Positions 37,870 to 51,090 are shown, numbered from the stretch's first letter. The stretch is DNA of 64,000 nt from Octopus vulgaris (GCA_951406725.2 OX597830.1:2914001-2978000), one strand, 5' to 3'. Translations and numbers: made by a program. The notes: a model not told the origin generated them from the letters alone.

Positions 37870-39099
37870 GAATAATCTCATGAATTTCATAATTTTCTGT
37901 CTCTGATTTATCTATTTGTTTCTGTTTCTCTCTCTCTATCTCTCTTTATATATATATATCATCATCATCATCTTTTAACATTCAATTTCCATGCTGTCAT
38001 GGGTTGGAGGGTCTTGTGGCATGGTTTCTATGGCTGGATGCCCTTCCTGATGCCAACCAGTTTCCAGAATGTGGTAGGCGCCTTTTACATTCCACTGGCA
38101 CACATATATGTATATATATTATATAATATATATGTGTGTGTGTGCATGTGTGTGTGTGTGTGTGCATGAGTGTGTGTGCATGTATGTGTGTGTGTGTGCA
38201 TGTGTGTGTGTGTGTGATAGAGAGAAATAAAGGGGGCTGGCTGTGGTCTTCCCTTGAGCAGGACCTGTACATGTGAACCTTCCCTAGTACTCCCTATATC
38301 ACCTGGGAGGACCCGTACCCTCCCTTGCCACAGTTAAGTTGAGTACAGGAACTTCGCCTTCCATGACCTGGCTTGTGATGAATACTGGATTGATATCCCA
38401 TTGCCTTTCCCAGGCAGGTGGGATTTGACCTCAGATTGTAGAAAGCTGGAAAATATGCCAGAAAGCATTTCTGCCATTCTCAGACACACAGAGTAGCATG
38501 AAATGGGGAAGTGCTTTGCTAAAGAATACAATGTAGATTCTTTGGCCACCATCTGGGAATCAAACCCAGTCTACTGATTGAGTGCAATATCCTGACTACT
38601 TGGCAACATGTCTTCACACACACACACACGCGTGCATGCACACACATGCGTGCATGCACACACACACACACACACACAGATCTGCATGTAGGTAGGTAGG
38701 TTGGTAGTTAAGTGAGTAGGTGGGTTAAGTAAACATGTATATGTATGGGGAATGTCTTCTTGCTTTAACAACAAGCAATAGTTGGAAACAAAAAGTCAGT
38801 GTCACACTAAAGGTGCCCCATATTGCCAGTCTTCAATGGAAAACATGTCTGGCCTTGAGGGAATATTACCTTGGTTGGAAACAGGCGAGAGTCAGGGATA
38901 GGAAGGGCATTCACCCATAGAGAAAAGACTCAATGAATTCTATCAGATCCATGCAATCATGGGAAAGCAGGCATTAAAACTCTCTTCCTAATGCCAAACA
39001 CTGAAAAGCGTGTACTGGGTCCTTTTTACGTGGCACCTGCATCATTGCTTTTAACATGGCACATTCAGCAGAGCTTTTTAAGGAGAACCAGCACCGGTG

Positions 39100-39525
39100 C
39101 TTTTTGTGTGCTGTACACACAAACAACACCAAAAGCCCACCCCCAGTTTTAACTGTCAAGACCCAGGAGCCTGTCCACTCAACCAGGGATGTATGACTAA
39201 ATCAATCATCTATGAGGCAGAAGTTACAGCAATGATAAATGATAATACAACCAATAAGAAGAGAGTTATCGAGCTATGTGAAGGTAACTTCAAAAATTGC
39301 TATGCTAACCACGTATCTTCCTTCCAACACAGGGACAAAAGTAAGCCACTAAGTCAGATGATACACCACATATGATAAAGTGGAAAATAGTAAAAAAAAT
39401 CTGCATAGCTGTAAGAACTCAGATCGTTTTCAGAACTAAGAACTTTATCACACTGCCGAATTCTACATCCGAAATTTTCATCAGTTGTAAGCATATGGCT
39501 AACTTCTTGTTGGCAAATTGGAAAG
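39100..39525 (+). mobile_element. Penelope-like GIY-YIG endonuclease remnant (CNC..CPL..C type)
   Basis: FNCQDPGACPLNQGCMTKSIIYEAEV...LCEGNFKNCYANHVSSFQH. Confidence 0.8.
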
Positions 39526-39954
39526 TAACAGCCTCTCTGAATTGAGCAGCTGTAGCACAGCCTCTAGGCCATGTTCCTTTCAGCCTTATACTTTATGGTC
39601 GAAGGGAACATAACTCTAATTCTTCTCTTTTTGCTTGTTTCTTGTTTTCTAGTTTTCAACCTCCTACCTTTTATATCTACTTTGTTCTCACTTATTCTCA
39701 TCTTTTTCTATCATCCTATCGGCCTAGTTTTTGCTTGTTATGCTACATGGACATTGCCTGGAGATTGCACTGAAGAATCAGGAATGTTAAAATATACTGA
39801 GATGCTTTTATTGCATGAAACCAATAGTTGCATGTAAAAATATATATTGTGATTATATGCATGTGTGTGTATATATACACACATATATATATATATATAT
39901 ATATGTGTATATATATGTATGTATAGAGAAAGAGAGGGAGAGAGAGAGAGAGAG

Positions 39955-40345
39955 GCACAGGTCTGGCTGTGTAGAAAGCAATTTGCTTCCGAAGCATGTG
40001 GTTCTGGGTACAGTCCCAATGTGTTACATCTTGGGCAAGTATTTTCTAGGATAGCCCCAGACTGACAAAAACTTGCGAGTAGATTTGATAGGCAGAAACT
40101 AAAAGACGTCTGTCGTATGTGTGTTTGTAAGTGCGTGCATGCATGTGTATGTGCGTGTGTGTCTTTGTGTCTGTTTGACCTGACCACTGGTGGACAACCA
40201 GTGTGGTTGGTGTGTTTACATCTAGTAACTTAGCAGTTTGGCAAAACAGACCAATAGAATAAGCAGTCGGGTTAATTCATTCAACTAAAAAGTCGTCAAA
40301 ATGGTAACCCCAGCATGGTCGCAGTCTTATGACTGAAACCAGTAA
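39955..40345 (+). mobile_element. SINE family B copy (diverged)
   Basis: Same head, catcttgggcaagt core and cagcatggtcgcagtc tail. Confidence 0.8.
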
Positions 40346-40704
40346 ATGATTTAATGTGTGTGTGTGTGAGTGTGCATGTGTGTGTGTGTGTGTGCGTGTG
40401 TGTGTGTGTGTGCATGTGTGTGTGTGTGTGCATGTGTGTGTGTGGGGGTATGTATGTATACATATATATACAAACGTCTATATGCATGTACACACGAGTG
40501 TGTCTGCGTGTGAGTAAAGAAATGAAATATAGCATACAACACCACTGGTCGAAGTTCCATGCATTGCATAACAGTTTCGCTCAGTTTTGCATTCGTTATT
40601 AAAGCAACCAAAGTTTGAAGCTTACTTATGTCTGGAAATGTTATGTATGTAAAGACATACACACACATATATATATACATTTACATATGTACATTATATA
40701 TATG

Positions 40705-40735
<31 letters not shown>

Positions 40736-43114
40736 GCATACACACATGTATGTGTGTATAAAATGATAAGTACAATGAATATATTGTTAACTCTTTTTGG
40801 ATAGGGAGCAAAATCTACATTTTGCTGTCAGTCAATAATTTCCATTGTATAACTTTGAAAAATTTCTAAATAAATTCCATAAAAATATGCTGCAACGAGA
40901 TGGAGAAAAATATCTTTTAGCCGTAGTGATGAGAATTGTTTGTGAAAACTACATTAATCTAATGGATTTTATACATTGACGAATGCAAAACAGAGCGATA
41001 CAACATGGAAATCATATGCTGAAGAGTATGATAAAGTGATTATATTAATACAGAAAAATTTGAATATAATATTTTAAGAAATATATGCAAACAAAAATAA
41101 AAGTATTGTCTCATTTTCTCACCTCTCTCTATCTCTGTAGTTCTATCTTTCTCTCTCTCTTTCTCTCACTCTTTCTCTTTTTCATCTGTAAATATGAGTG
41201 TGAGTGCATGTGTGTGAAAAAAAAAAATATGTGTGTGTGTGTGTGTGCGCGTGTATATATGTGTATGTGTGTATGTGGCCCCCAGTTCTCTCTCCCTCCC
41301 TCTTACCTCTCACTTTCTCTGAGTTAATTTTGTCATAAAATATGGTGACCAACACTTCTACAACTGAGTGTTTGAATTACTAAGCTCAGGCCCTGTGGTC
41401 GATATATTTTAATTTCTCCACTAAATGCTATGCAAGACATCATACTAATGTCCATTGAAGACATTAAGCCAAGAGGCTGAATAAACTGATTTTCTCTTCT
41501 CCATCTCTCCTGCAACAATCTCTGCTACACTCCACTGCTACCATCCAAGCAAATGGACTTCACATCCATGTTCTGACAACAAATTACTTCATTTTATTTT
41601 CTTATCATACTTGGTGAACAATAACAGCGTTCATTGCCTATTTTTAATGTGGCAAATCACTGGTTCACTACATGTCTGATGCTGAATGTAATGAGGGAGT
41701 GCCTGTTACTTGGTACAGAGCAAATATCGCAAAATATTTTATTTGTTTAGTTAAAGTCTGTGATCCCAGATAGAAATGAAGCCTAAATCAGATCTTTCAC
41801 TCTTTTTCTGTGCACAGAGAAATATATAACATGGTGACATGTTTGCCTTTGTGTAAATATTGACAAGTTTCCACAGTGAAATCTAGTTCTGTTGCAGTAA
41901 ATGTGTACTGCATGCCTTCGCTTCATGGCACCAGCACCAGTGAGGTCGTCATGTTGCCAGCAAGATGAGAAAAATTCCTATCTACTTTCTGGAATATGAC
42001 CAGTACTTGTTTCCAGAGAACAACTTTTTTTCTCTTTTAGGCCAAAGAATAAAGAATAAAAAGTAAAGCTTCAAAAATGTTATCTTGTCTTGTCAGCTTA
42101 TCAAATGCTATCTGGAAACGTATTCCACTCTGCCCCTGCTATATATGGAGAACTGTACTCTACAGATGGATCACATGGTAAGCTGGTATTAGTTGTTTTA
42201 TATTTGTGACTCTGTCCAGTCTCTGAATATTCCAATATGTCTTTTAATGTGAGTTTTAGGAGATTTTTTTTTGTATGGCGAGACAAACAAACCGGTTTTC
42301 CTAATGGATTTTCAAATATTCTCACCTGAGTAGTTAAATTAACATAGAGATACATTAACTTCATCTACCCCCGCCACACACCTATCGAACCATATATATG
42401 TATGTATGTGTGTGTGTTTGTATATGTGTGCATGCATGCATGCACATGAGTGCATGTATGTATATATGTAAATAAATGCATACATATAAATATATGCACA
42501 CACACAATATATATATGTATATATATAGTTATATATATATATACACACACACATATATATGCATATATATATATATATGCATGTATGTATAATATATATA
42601 TAACATTTCTGTGTGTATGTGTGGAGGCCTAAAGGAAGTTGTCAATGTATAAACACAGTTAATAGCTTAAAACATAATAATACATTGGAATGTTGTGTTT
42701 TTATGTGGTTTTAATAACTTCTGCTGTCAGAAAGATCAGACAGCCTTATGCAAGTTACCATGGACAATTAGAAATTTTTGTTGTTTCCATTTTGTCTGCA
42801 AAAGCCAGTCATTTATATTCGGGGAAACTATAAGACGTGAGCTACTAACTTTATATGACATAAATACAATCAATTTAATAATGTATTGATTTATTACCTA
42901 GGCATAAGGACTTAAATTTGGAGAAGAGTGTAGATGTATGAATGCATTTAAGTGTGTATACATACGTATCCTGAATGTATAAGCCCCAGTATGTCACTGG
43001 TACATAGTTTATTGTACTGACCATCGCAAGACGAATGATAATGACGACTGCACCTGGATTTGAACTAAAGTCCTTTTGTGCGGACTTGGTACATGGAAAT
43101 TGAAAGCAGCCCAT

Positions 43115-43146
<32 letters not shown>

Positions 43147-43245
43147 CATACACACACACACACACACATATATATATACACACACACACATATATATGTA
43201 TACGTGCACACACACACACATATATATATATATGTATACGCGCAC

Positions 43246-43285
<40 letters not shown>

Positions 43286-44071
43286 GTATACATACATACA
43301 CATGCAAATATATATGTATATATGCATATATATTTATATATATATGTGTGTAAATATATATATTTATATATATATATGTATGAATGTATGTATGTATATT
43401 CATGTGTGTATGTGTGTGTGTGTGTTACTGTCTCCTTGGCTTGACATTGTATGACAGTTATAAATGAGCATCACTGTCATACATACGGTGTCCCTCATTT
43501 CCAATCTGGCATGAAAACATTTCTGGTCATGGGGAAAATATTACCTTATTTGGAAATGGGTGAGGATTGGTAACAGAAAGAGCATCCAGTCACAGAAAAT
43601 TAGCCTCAACATATTCTCTCTGCCCATACAAGCATGGCAAAAGAGGACATTAACCAATGATGGTGCCATGTATAATAGACAAAAAAAGGAGGCAGACAGA
43701 CAGAACAACAGACAAAGCAGTACTCAAAATAAAATTTCACATAAATTTAAGATTGTAATTCATCAAATATAATCAAAATTTTCCGCAGTATTTCCAGACT
43801 TAAATGTTTAAAATATTGTGATTTTTAAGTAGAATTTTTCTCAACAGATTTGGTTTTCACTCAAAGACTACTTATATGAATTTGCTTGTTTTCTAGGTTT
43901 TGTATTTATGTGGAATCTATATATTGATGGGTGTTCACACACATGTACACACATATATATCATATATATCATATATATATGATATATATATATATATATA
44001 CATACGTACATGCATACACATACATATAAACATTCATATGTGTGCATATGTATATGTATACATATACATGC

Positions 44072-44103
<32 letters not shown>

Positions 44104-44514
44104 GCTTGTGTGCATATATGTGTGTGAACACATAAACATATGCACATAACACACACATGCATGCATATTTAAATATATAAAAACATGTGTCTGTAACAGT
44201 ACTCAAGCTTTTCACAAATTTAAAATGATAAACTCTTTCATTTTTAGATTATAAATCTTCAACACTGATAAAAAAATTTTATTATTTTCAGGCCCAAATA
44301 TTTTAAATATTTTAAGTAGAATTTCTGTCAACAGATTTGGTTTTTCTCTCAAAGACTACTTACAATGATTTGCTTGCTTCCTGTTTGGTTTTTGTATTTG
44401 TCTGGAAACACTATATTGATGCAACATTGAATGGGAATATAAAAAAACCCTCATCATTCTCCAAAATATATCTACATATATGCTTATATATGTATGTGTA
44501 TATATATATATATG

Positions 44515-44545
<31 letters not shown>

Positions 44546-44546
<1 letters not shown>

Positions 44547-45079
44547 ACATTATTGGTGAATTGAAGAAATGGAGCTGAACGCAGATTGAACAGAAATCGT
44601 TTTATTTCATTCTACACGACAAAATTGACCATTCCAGCCTGTAGCTTAAGTTCGTATCCTTCAGTCGCCATATTAGCTTACTGAGTCCCGTGGTCTGGCG
44701 CTTGTTCATGTCCCGAAAAATAGTCCTTAAATAGTCAGAACTTTATTCTTGGTCACAAAGAACATCTACGCCCCCTCACCCACATGATTGACCGATGCCT
44801 GACCCGTTGAATTCTTCAGCCACCGGTTCTCAACATACACTGATAAACAGTTTCGCCATGGGCTCTTAGGAGCATAGTTCGATTTGTTTTTGCTCCGCCT
44901 CTGTTCTGTTTTGTTTTTCCAACGGATTTCCTATTTTCTTCCTGAAGAAAGACACAATATGGTCCCATTATTCCATCGGATTTTGGGAATTTGTGCCTTT
45001 CAAACACGTGTAGAATGAAATAAAACGATTTCTGTTCAATCTGCGTTCAGCTCCATTTCTTCAATTCACCAATAATGTT
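44546..45079. repeat. Perfect 73-bp inverted repeat (44546-44618 / 45007-45079) with a 388-bp spacer
   Basis: Arms are exact reverse complements. Confidence 0.97.
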
Positions 45080-45208
45080 CTAATTTCAATTATCCGCACC
45101 AACGCACGGTTGCAACACCATATGGTTGTACCTCCAACCGTGCTGTTTTACTGCTGTGATTTTGCTACTAAGGTATCGGTTAAACTTTTGATTAATCTAC
45201 TACAAGAT
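44620..45208 (-). mobile_element. Penelope-like remnant (GIY-YIG C-terminal region)
   Basis: Minus frame FRDMNKRQTTGLSKLIWRLKDTNLSYRLEWSIL matches the SF..K..T.LSK.IW.LK....Y.I.WSI pattern. Confidence 0.7.
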
Positions 45209-45249
<41 letters not shown>

Positions 45250-45420
45250 TGCATGTATTTGTATGTGTGTACCAGGTTCCCTGTCAGTTACAACATGAGT
45301 GTTCTGGTGCATTGTGAAACAGAGTGTCTTGCTTAAGGACACAATGCACCATCAGGATTCAGAATCACGACCTTATGAGCTGAATCCCCTTGCCATATAT
45401 GTATATATATATATATATAT

Positions 45421-45734
45421 GATGGCACGTAAAATGCACCATCCATACATGGCCGACGCCACTGCCATCTGGACTGGCTTCCGTGCTGGTGACACGTAAA
45501 AACTACCAACCGATTGTGGCTGTTGGCAGCCTCCCCTGGCACCTGTGCCAGTGGCACGTAAAAAGCACCCACTACCCTCACTGAGTGGTTGGTGTTAGGA
45601 AGGGCATCCAGCAATAGACACCAAGACAAATCAGACTGGAGCCTGGTGCAGCCTCCTGGCTTCCCAGATCCCGGTCGAACCGTCCAACCCATGCTAGCAT
45701 GGAAAACGGACGTTAAACGATGATGATGATGATG
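45421..45734 (+). mobile_element. RTE 3' UTR fragment with three internal units
   Basis: ggcacgtaaaa..cacc repeats and the catggaaaacggacgttaaacgatgatg tail. Confidence 0.88.
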
Positions 45735-46052
45735 TGTGTGTGCAATTATCTCTTAAAACAGGTTTGCATGTACTTTTGTAGCACACTCACCATGTTTCTG
45801 ATGTCTTGACGCCTTTGAAGCATTTCACAAATAACTGGAGTTTCTAAAGCAAAAATCCTCTTAAGGATTTCTTTCAAATGTACAAAGTAGCATATTTGGC
45901 AGAGAATGAGAGACAGAGATAGAGACCCCAGCATATGACTGGTACCTATTTTACCACCACTGGAACAACTTTATAAATGTTTGTCCTAATATAGACATGA
46001 GGCTAGAAAATGTTACAAACAAGTATGGCAAAGTTCATTTCAACAGCTTTTA

Positions 46053-46253
46053 AAGGCAGCAAGCTGGCAGAAATGTTAGCACACCAGGTGAAATGCTTAG
46101 TCGTAATCTGTCTGCCATTATGCTCTGAGTTCAAATTCTGCTGAGGTCAACTTTGGCCTTCATTCTTTCGGGGTTGCTATATTAAGTACCAGTTGTGTAC
46201 TGGTGGTACTGACCCCCTCCCCCAAAATTTCAGACCTTGTGCCTAGAGTAGAA
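46053..46253 (+). mobile_element. SINE family A copy
   Basis: aaggcagcaagctggcagaaatgttagc...gagttcaaattctg...attaagtaccagttg. Confidence 0.8.
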
Positions 46254-46478
46254 AAGGAAGATGATTCCAACAGTATTTGGACTCAGAACATAAAGACTCC
46301 CAACAAATACAGAACATGTTTCTGTTATTCTAAGAATTCTGTCAAAGTACAAGAAGAAGAATTTGCATTACACAATAATGTAGATTATGTAAAATGGCTG
46401 TTTTTGGTAACTTTGAATTAAAATTGAATCCAAGCAGAACCAATCATTAGGTCTGCTGCATATTCCTTATTTATTTAA

Positions 46479-47281
46479 CACCGTTGCCTTTCGCAGGACA
46501 TCGATAGGATCTGCTTCTATTTGCCAAAATGGGTTTCAATAACTTTCTCAAATCAGAAAGCTGAAATATTTGGTGTGGTGCTATACAGGTACATGATACC
46601 TGTAATTACACTACAATCACGTGATACGCATTATCTCGTGGCAATGCAAAATGCTCAGATTGGTTTGCTACGAAGGCTTTGAGGGTTTGGTATTCAGTAT
46701 TTGACTATGTCTCTTCATTGCATAATGTTTTCTTTATTTTTTCAGATTTATAAAGAATTATTATAAATTTTGATTTGTAATATACAAGATGCCAAAATGC
46801 CTTTCTAGTGAAAAAAATTGCTGGAATACTTCAGGAACTTATGGAAAATGAACTACCGGAAGATGATAACTTCGAGTCAGAGAGTGAACACTCGGATGCT
46901 TTGAATAAAAATTATGTAGCAAACACCAGTGGAAGTAGTACCAGTGAGGCCAGTTCTACTGACAACGATAAACAATTAGTTGCTCAAGGTTGTAAGAGAC
47001 AACACAGTTCTCCTGCATCAACATCTAATACTTATACCTGATATATATAGATGTTTCAGGAAATATATTTCCTGGCAGGTGCCATGATACAAGTTAACTC
47101 GTATCGTTGGGCAAATAAAAGGTGTCTTTAGTGTTTCCACAACACACTCACAATGTTAGTTCCAGGTGCCAGTTCATTTTAAGTGTGTTATAATAAAACA
47201 GACCTCTACGAGTATGCTCCTACCTGGCAAAATTGTATGGATTGCCAACTATGAGATAACTCGTAGTTGGCAGTCAACATG
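46479..47281 (+). mobile_element. Probable internally deleted piggyBac-like element
   Basis: Termini TTAA|caccgttgcc...ggcagtcaacatg|tgaa; subterminal palindrome tgccaactatgag-ataa-ctcgtagttggca; acidic N-terminal peptide (KIAGILQELMENELPEDDNFESESEHSD) typical of piggyBac transposase starts. Confidence 0.5.
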
Positions 47282-48499
47282 TGAAAAAAAAGTAGTTGAG
47301 CATTAAGAATAATAACTACACGACATGTCTGAGTAGCTAAGAAACTGGCTTTGTAACAACATAGCTGTGGGTTCAATCCTCAGCATGGTATCTTAGGCAA
47401 GTATATTCAACCATAGCTATGGATTGATACAAAGACTTATCAGTAAAATATCAGTAAAAAGAGGAACTGTGTGAGAACCTAGTGGAAGGGTAGTCTTTGG
47501 CGGTAGACTTCTGCTTTTCAGGTCAGATCTTGAAACTGTGGATAATCTTTTCCACTCACCCACCAGGTTTAGAGGCCCCTATAAATGAGTCATGAGCGGT
47601 AGCCCCTTTTTCACTGAGTAAACCATTATAAATGGCAAAAAATGGGAAGTAAACACAGGATATTTATGAAAGTTGTTTAACCCCAGGTCACGACCTTTCA
47701 CAGTTCTCTAAGATTTTATTAATCTCATTCAATGACTGTTAAATCAGTGTTAACATCGAAAATATGTTAATTCCCTAAAATCCCATCAGTAGTGAGATTA
47801 GAGATGAATTAGCTTTATGGCTAATTTTGGCGATTAAAAGTCAGAAATTTATGTAAAAGTTTGGTGACATCAATTATGCAGATAAAACAGCCAGAAGTCA
47901 ATGGATCAACATGATTGTAAATGCATGACAGCAATATCCAAGGGGCTAAAAAGTGTCAGCAGAAGGGCAGCCAGGAGTCATGACCTGGATGTGGCTTGAC
48001 CCCTTAAAGTGTAAGAAGTTACAGGCCAAAACACTTGCCTGAGGTGGGGTTTCTTCTCTCAAGACCTTCTGCTGTTCAGCTCTCTTCAGTGTTTCTTACC
48101 ACTGATGTTCAAAACTGAAAAATTATTTGACATCTCCATCTTGTGATGGTTACGCTAATCTTAATTCACTGCAGAGCAAAGACAAGCGTCTTTTATTATG
48201 GTTTCAGTCACTGCCGCTGTTAAAGTGTGCAAAATGTTCATTTAAGAATTTATACAGTAATGTATTCATAGAAACGCACATACACATGCAATCATTGCCG
48301 ACATATCACTAAATATAATTAGAATATGTTGATGTCTCTTGTAAAGTTTGCTTCGTGTTTTTTAAGAAGAAAAGGAATCTCTGCAACCTATAATTTGCAG
48401 CTATATTTAGGGAAGACACACCAGGTTGGGGTGATTAACAAGCTTTCTTTGATCTGATAGTATTGGCTATAGGAAATCCAATGACAAACTCTTTCCTAA

Positions 48500-48569
48500 T
48501 AATGATGATAATAATAATAGTAGTAGAAGTAGTAGTAGTAGTAATAATAATAATAATAACAATAATAAA

Positions 48570-48658
<89 letters not shown>

Positions 48659-48710
48659 TAATAAAAATAATAATAATAATAAAATAATAATAATAATAAT
48701 AATAATAATA
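48500..48710. repeat. (AAT)n microsatellite
   Basis: Directly visible. Confidence 0.97.
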
Positions 48711-49684
48711 GGCTATGATAGGTGAGTTTTAAGCACAATGGAATAAAATATTGGCAAATTATAATATGAGATATTTTTTTCCTACAAACCAATTTACATA
48801 GAAAGAGTTGTTAAAAACCACCAAACAATAATAATGTCTCTTGTTTAATTCAGTTTTAAAAACTTATTTTTTAAAAAAGAAAAACGTTTTTAAACAACTG
48901 GACTCTAATCACAAAACCATCAAGCTTCTTCAGAATTTACTGATCCAGAAATAAATTTCAGAAACTGTTGTGTTGTTAAATGTAGCCAAGGGTACCTTAA
49001 GGTACAGCTGTTTTCTTTGAAGTTAGCTAAATGAAAATTTTCTTTTTTTCCAAAATTGTGAATGCAACGTTTTTGAATTGCAGATGAAAAGGAAAGAATA
49101 TTCGTTTCTTTTTCTGTTTTTCAAAAATCTTTTTTTAACTTAATTATTTTTTATTCTTTTCAGATTTCTTCTATAAAGAGCTATTTGTGTTTGCATAAAT
49201 AAGTATTGTTTCTTTGCTTGTATCTTTAGCATTTTATTTTTAATGATTAAAACAAGGTCAATGTAAATTGCTGAGAGAGAGCAAAGAACATTTAAGTGGA
49301 TTCTTCACAGTAACTGGTTTAGTACTTTTGTGTTTTAATGCATAACAGAGCAAATCTCACAAGGGTTTCACTTTTCCTTTCATCACTTTTTGAATGAGAA
49401 AATAAAGATGAGTAATTATCTAAGAATTGATTCACCATTCCTACAACAAAACAAATAAATAATTGTCAAATGCCAATGCGAATGAAACCAATATCAAATT
49501 TAGATATATATCTATAAGATTGGGGCCTGGTGCAGCTTCCTAGCTTCCCAGACCCCAGTTGAACCGTCCGACCTATGCCACCATGGAAAACAGATATTAA
49601 ACGATGATGATGATCATGTTGAAAAGAGTTAGTATTTGTTTGTTCCTTATATGACATGTGTTGAATACATAGACCCAGGAGAGA

Positions 49685-49870
49685 CTCTCTGTCTCTCTCT
49701 CTCTCTCTTTCTCTCTTTCTCTCTCTGTCTCTCTCTGTCTCTTTCTTTCTCTCTCTCTCTTTCTCTCTTCCTCTCTCTCTCTCTTTCTTTCTCTCTCTCT
49801 CTCTCTTTCTCTCTCTTTTTCTCGCTCTCTTTCTTCCCCTCTCTCTTTCTCTCTCTCTCACTCTCACTCT
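49685..49870. repeat. (CT)n microsatellite
   Basis: Directly visible. Confidence 0.95.
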
Positions 49871-50971
49871 TCGGGTTTTGATCACAGGCAATATCTTCCA
49901 ACAAGGTCGCATATTTTGTTCTTAAGCATGAAGCTATTCCAATTAAAGTTTGGTCTGGGAACTGTTCTGTTCTGGCAGGTGAGTTCTTTGTGGAAGCCAT
50001 TCATCCAGAGCTGCTGTGTTAACACCCATCCTCACTTGTAGTTTTTCTTTTCCACAATCTGAAGTGGTTTGCCAGGATATAGCACTCAGAGTTACATGAA
50101 AGGTTTTAGGGCTCAACAAAGACCAGCGATGGCTGTCCACAATCAACTTGAGAGCAACATACCAACTATCAAAGAAATTGTCCCTATCTAAGAATCCCTA
50201 TTCTCCAAGCCAACAGTATGATGTTAAATATATCATAAAAGAGGGATGAAGAACAGAATCGGTAGAGCATCAGACAAAATGCGTTGTAATATGAATTGTG
50301 CAATTATATTTTCTCAGATAAGGTTCACTTTAGTTGTTGCCATTGAGATCGACAAAATAAGTACCAGTCACCTACTGGGGAGATTTTTTTTCACCTACTT
50401 TCCTACAACATGTGTGACATTCTGTGTTTTAAAAAATCAATATTTATGCAATGAAGGGATCAATCAATTGGTAGCTAGTGGAGCTTTGGGTTAAATGACC
50501 TTCAGTATTTGAATTTTTTAAAAATTTCATTAAATTCAGAGAAGAAAGGGCCAAGCCCATGACTCTTTTTAGGGTCTCTGTATCAGAAAGGTATCAAGGA
50601 GGGAGTTACCCTCTTTATAGTGACCTGACTTGAATGCTTGCAATAGCAGGGTACCCCACCAAAGGTACACAAAAACCCAGTGTTGTTATTAAACCAGCAA
50701 ACAAACAGATAAACACTAACCCCTAGCACAGATCCTTCAACAGGCCTTCCTCTTTGTTTTTGTGTCAAATTTTACTCATAAGGATTTGATCGATCCAAAG
50801 TGAAGCTAGAAATCATTTTTCTAATATGCTGTGGGATCAACAAACCATGCAGAAAGAGCTAGAAATGTAAATAAAAAAATATATGTAATCATCCAACATT
50901 CTAACTACCTTATTCTAAATATATATATATATATAAGATTCTTGATGTGAAACCATGTGTTGAAACTGATA

Positions 50972-51090
50972 TTGTATTTCAGGGTGGTCGTTGTTTTTTT
51001 TTCTTTTGCTAAATAAACACACGCACTGTATATTCGTTGTGTGTGTGTTTATTTGGCAAAGAAAATAAAAATGACCATCCTGAAATACAA
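50972..51090. repeat. Imperfect hairpin, ~52-bp arms
   Basis: ttgtatttcagggtggtcgtt...taaataaacacacgca vs tgtgtgtgtttatttggc...atgaccatcctgaaatacaa. Confidence 0.85.

Noticed and set aside
42101-42364. 87-aa non-repetitive minus-strand ORF
   Set aside because: No recognisable motif, ambiguous splice signals, and a length expected by chance.
44640-44672. ctgaaggatacgaacttaag (-) as a hammerhead
   Set aside because: Better explained as coding sequence (LKDTNLS) of the PLE endonuclease; the core is non-canonical.
45421-45569. CRISPR-like repeat-spacer look of the ggcacgtaaaaagcacc units
   Set aside because: The spacers are homologous to each other, the units sit in a LINE 3' UTR, the context is eukaryotic and there are no cas genes.
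46808-47041. Acidic/Ser-rich ORF as a host gene exon
   Set aside because: Lies within piggyBac-like termini and resembles a frameshifted transposase N-terminus.
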